Shown here piece by piece: positions 61,659-64,000 of a stretch of 64,000 bases of DNA. Below the pieces are notes generated by a model. The model was not told the DNA's origin. It worked only from the letters and a program-made list of their open reading frames with translations, and searched no databases. The stretch's first letter is position 1. Every line of letters begins with the position of its first letter. The stretch lies in the sequence record MH571750.1, one strand, 5' to 3'. A program made the translations under genes and the position numbers. Source of the stretch: Escherichia phage vB_EcoM-Ro111lw.

Positions 61659-61750
61659 TTGCAAAGGCAAATCAAAACAAGTAAATTACTAATCAACGGG
61701 AAGGGATTAACCTTCCCACTAAGTAAAGTCCTTAAACTAGGAGATTCAAA
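61659..61750 (+). promoter_or_regulatory. Type-A cassette 5: TTGCAA-N17-TAAATT promoter plus leader (hairpin variant GGGA-ttaacct-TCCC)
   Basis: Conserved TAAATTACTAATCAACGGG...ACTAAGTAAAGTCCTTAAACTAGGAGATTCAAA before ATG 61751. Confidence 0.6.
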
Positions 61751-62281
61751 ATGAACAAGTTTCAAGCTATCAACTATATTCGCTCATCCAACGTTATGAC
61801 TAAGCCCGTTAAAGATACCTTCGAATTTCGTTGCAACGGTGTACACTTTGCAACTATCACTAAATCAGAAAACGGGGCTTATTATATACATCGTCGTAAT
61901 GCCTCTACTGTTGTAGTCTCTCACTTTATGCAAGCTGTAGCAGAACTGTTACCGCTATTCTTAGGTATTTACTTAGATGAGTGCAAAAACGTTCGCAACC
62001 ACGTTAAAGACCTTTTAAATGGTTATAAAATGGCTTATGAACGTTCTATCAAGAATCTTAACAAGTTCTATAAAGCCCCTGAAAATACTGTTTCAATGGC
62101 TTACAGTGTAAGCGGTGAGTTGGTTAGCCTCTTTGAAGTGGAAGAAATCGCGTTGCATGACTTACGCCCTAGCGGTTACTCTAAGACACTAGAGGAAGGT
62201 TTAACGTTCAATATCAAGAACTTAGAAAAAACTTTAAAAGATATTGAAAAAGATATTGACGAGACAATCAAAAATCTGTAA
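61751..62281 (+). CDS. Hypothetical protein (cassette-associated)
   Basis: 176 aa. Confidence 0.55.
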   Translation: MNKFQAINYIRSSNVMTKPVKDTFEFRCNGVHFATITKSENGAYYIHRRNASTVVVSHFMQAVAELLPLFLGIYLDECKNVRNHVKDLLNGYKMAYERSIKNLNKFYKAPENTVSMAYSVSGELVSLFEVEEIALHDLRPSGYSKTLEEGLTFNIKNLEKTLKDIEKDIDETIKNL

Positions 62282-62343
62282 ATTGTCAATCAACGGGGGA
62301 TAACCTCCCCCACTAAACAAAATCCTAAACTGGAGTTATCAAG
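62256..62343 (+). promoter_or_regulatory. Type-A cassette 6: TTGACG-N17-TAAATT promoter (overlapping upstream stop) plus leader with compensated hairpin GGGGGA-taacc-TCCCCC
   Basis: Stem sequence differs from other copies but pairing is kept. Confidence 0.6.
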
Positions 62344-62607
62344 ATGGAAAACGTAGAATTAACCACACTTTTACAAATTGCAACCGACAAAGAAGATGTA
62401 GCATTATTCCACCGTATCGAAAGCGATTTGTTCAATGGTGAAATCATTAAAGAATCTTACGAAGTTGTCGGATTCAAAGATGGTAAAGCATTTGGCTTTT
62501 TTGACCTCGACAAAAGCAAAGCGGTTACAATGTACGATGTTCTATCTTGTGAAATTCTGACAAAATACAACGAAAAAAGGCTTGCAACCTACGCCAATAT
62601 GCAGTAA
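62344..62607 (+). CDS. Hypothetical small protein (cassette-associated)
   Basis: 87 aa. Confidence 0.5.
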   Translation: MENVELTTLLQIATDKEDVALFHRIESDLFNGEIIKESYEVVGFKDGKAFGFFDLDKSKAVTMYDVLSCEILTKYNEKRLATYANMQ

Positions 62608-62674
62608 ATTACTAATCAACGGGGAGGGAATGACCTTCCCACTAAACAAAGTCCTAAACTGGAGAATCTAAATT
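62582..62674 (+). promoter_or_regulatory. Type-A cassette 7: TTGCAA-N17-TAAATT promoter plus conserved leader
   Basis: -10 overlaps upstream stop codon; leader with GGGAATGACCTTCCC hairpin before ATG 62675. Confidence 0.6.
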
Positions 62675-62923
62675 ATGTCAACTATCCGCGTAACTGTTAA
62701 TGCTTATGGCTGCCACAAACTTGATGCAAAATTCGATATCGGTGGAACAGATAACACCTTTGACCTTATCAAAATGCTGATTCAGCAGGTGATACCAGAT
62801 TATAACCCTACTGATGACTTCTGGAAAGATGCCGTAAAAGAAGCCATAAACGAGGAATCTCACTACCATTATTGGGGTGACTTGATTGTCTCTCTATACT
62901 ACAGCAAACAAGGCTACAACTAA
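62675..62923 (+). CDS. Hypothetical small protein (last ORF before the repeat region)
   Basis: 82 aa. Confidence 0.5.
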   Translation: MSTIRVTVNAYGCHKLDAKFDIGGTDNTFDLIKMLIQQVIPDYNPTDDFWKDAVKEAINEESHYHYWGDLIVSLYYSKQGYN

Positions 62924-62933
62924 TCGACGCAAC

Positions 62934-62985
62934 GGGGCTAAATAGCCCCAGATACCTTTACAGCCCCTTAAATGGGGCTTTTTTA
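62934..62985 (+). terminator. Tandem hairpins ending in a rho-independent terminator
   Basis: GGGGCT-aaat-AGCCCC then AGCCCC-ttaaat-GGGGCT followed by TTTTTT. Confidence 0.6.
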
Positions 62986-63129
62986 CGTCTATCGAATCCT
63001 TATACAATCCCTTTCCCTTTCCTTTCTAGAATCTTATCAGACCTTAAAAAGCAATAACTCTATAGTCTACTCTATAACCTCTTATCAAATCAACTTAAAT
63101 ATAAGCCAATAACCCCAGAAAGGGGATGG

Positions 63130-63560
63130 CCCATTAAAACGCTCTATAAAGCTCTATAACAGCCTTATCAACCTAACTTAAGCAATCATATTAACCCACT
63201 CTAAAAAGCCCTTTATAGAGCTTCCCAGAGCCTTAAAAGAATCTTATAAGGGTGAAAGCTTATAGGCTGGCTAGTATCTTGTGAATAACTAAACAATCCC
63301 CTTGATAGTCACTAAAAAGCATGTTATAGGGGCTATAAAGTTACTTCAAAGTAACGTAAAAAAGGCTATAAAGTTACGTAAATGCTAGCCCCCTTAACAT
63401 TTTCTTAACAATTTCTTAACAAACCCTACATAGTTATGCTTTTAAGGCACTTGTTAGAGACTTGTTAGCCCCTTGTTAAATCTCTGTTAAGACCACGTAA
63501 AAGCCTTGTAAGAGTCTTTGGCATAGCCTTTAAAGCTCCTATAAAGCCCTATAAAGAGGT
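63130..63560. repeat. (G)CTATAAAG repeat family and palindromes in ORF-free region
   Basis: GCTCTATAAAGCTCTATAAC, inverted CTTTATAGAGC, GGCTATAAAGTTAC twice, CCTATAAAG twice; palindrome GTTACTTCAAAGTAAC and TTACGTAA. Confidence 0.6.
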
Positions 63561-64000
63561 GTCTGTATAGTTGGGGTGTAGATACTAGGAAGAGGTTTAA
63601 AAGAGCTTACAAGGAGCTATAGAGAGCTTTTAAGAGGTATGTTTAAGAGTTCACTAAGAAAGGAAAGGGAACGATAAGGAAGAGATAGTGACCATGTTAA
63701 TAGCTTGTTAAAAAGATTAAACACTTGTTAGAAACTTGTTAATTATCTAATTGGTATTGTTACCAATCCCTAACAAAATAACTCTTTAAAATTAACTTGT
63801 TAGCTCTTGTTAGTCATCTGTTAAGCCTCTGTAAAGACTATTCAGCACTTGTTAGAAAACTGTTAAGCCCTTGTTAGTTCTGTTAAGAAACTGTTAAGAC
63901 CTTTGAAGAGTTGTTAAGAAGATGTGAGAACTGTTAAGAGATTGTTAAGGATATTTTAAAATTTTGCAAAGTACTTGTAAGGGAGCTGTTAAGGGCTACC
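63404..64000. repeat. Array of about 20-25 CTTGTTAG / CTGTTAAG octamer repeats, many phased at 10-12 bp; continues to window end
   Basis: Direct copies at about 63450, 63461, 63472, 63484, 63705, 63724, 63735, 63796, 63806, 63818, 63848, 63860, 63870, 63880, 63891, 63910, 63931, 63942, 63986, plus inverted TTAACAA copies at 63404-63423; no ORF of 60 aa or more on either strand. Confidence 0.7.

Noticed and set aside
63404-64000. Possible CRISPR array in the repeat-rich 3' region
   Set aside because: Repeat units are only 8 bp with 2-4 bp between copies, not 24-48 bp repeats separated by similar-sized unique spacers; no cas genes in the window.

Overview
This 64-kb window reads as a contiguous piece of a virulent tailed-phage genome (about 39% GC, no integrase or transposase seen). 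Gene content resembles Felix O1-like myophages, but that is a recollection-based impression, not a database result. Layout: (1) 1-17.5 kb, plus strand, late structural module: 5'-truncated lambda-E-like major capsid gene, contractile-tail genes (sheath, tube, chaperone pair with a probable -1 frameshift, tape measure, baseplate), and two tail-fiber genes sharing a His-rich C-terminal tip. (2) 17.5-27.1 kb, minus strand: thymidylate synthase, dihydrofolate reductase, an HTH regulator, secreted and lipoprotein ORFs, ATP-dependent DNA ligase, family-A DNA polymerase. (3) 27.3-56.7 kb, plus strand: dNMP kinase, T7-like primase-helicase, SSB-like protein, FEN-type 5'-3' exonuclease, GIY-YIG and HNH nucleases, aerobic (nrdA/nrdB/glutaredoxin) and anaerobic (nrdD/nrdG) ribonucleotide reductases, a PRPP-synthetase-like plus NAMPT-like pair, rIIA/rIIB-like genes, a secreted SLT-domain transglycosylase, a spanin-like overlapped pair and a macro-domain protein. 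(4) 56.7-62.9 kb: an accessory region of 13 small unknown ORFs, most preceded by one of two near-identical promoter/stem-loop/leader cassettes. (5) 62.9-64.0 kb: more than 1 kb with no ORF of 60 aa or more on either strand, filled with short phased repeats (CTTGTTAG/CTGTTAAG and CTATAAAG families); this is the most unusual stretch and runs off the window end. The ORF track uses alternative start codons (TTG/GTG); several starts were moved to an in-frame ATG with a Shine-Dalgarno sequence. All functional calls are from motifs read in the translations plus synteny; no searches were run.
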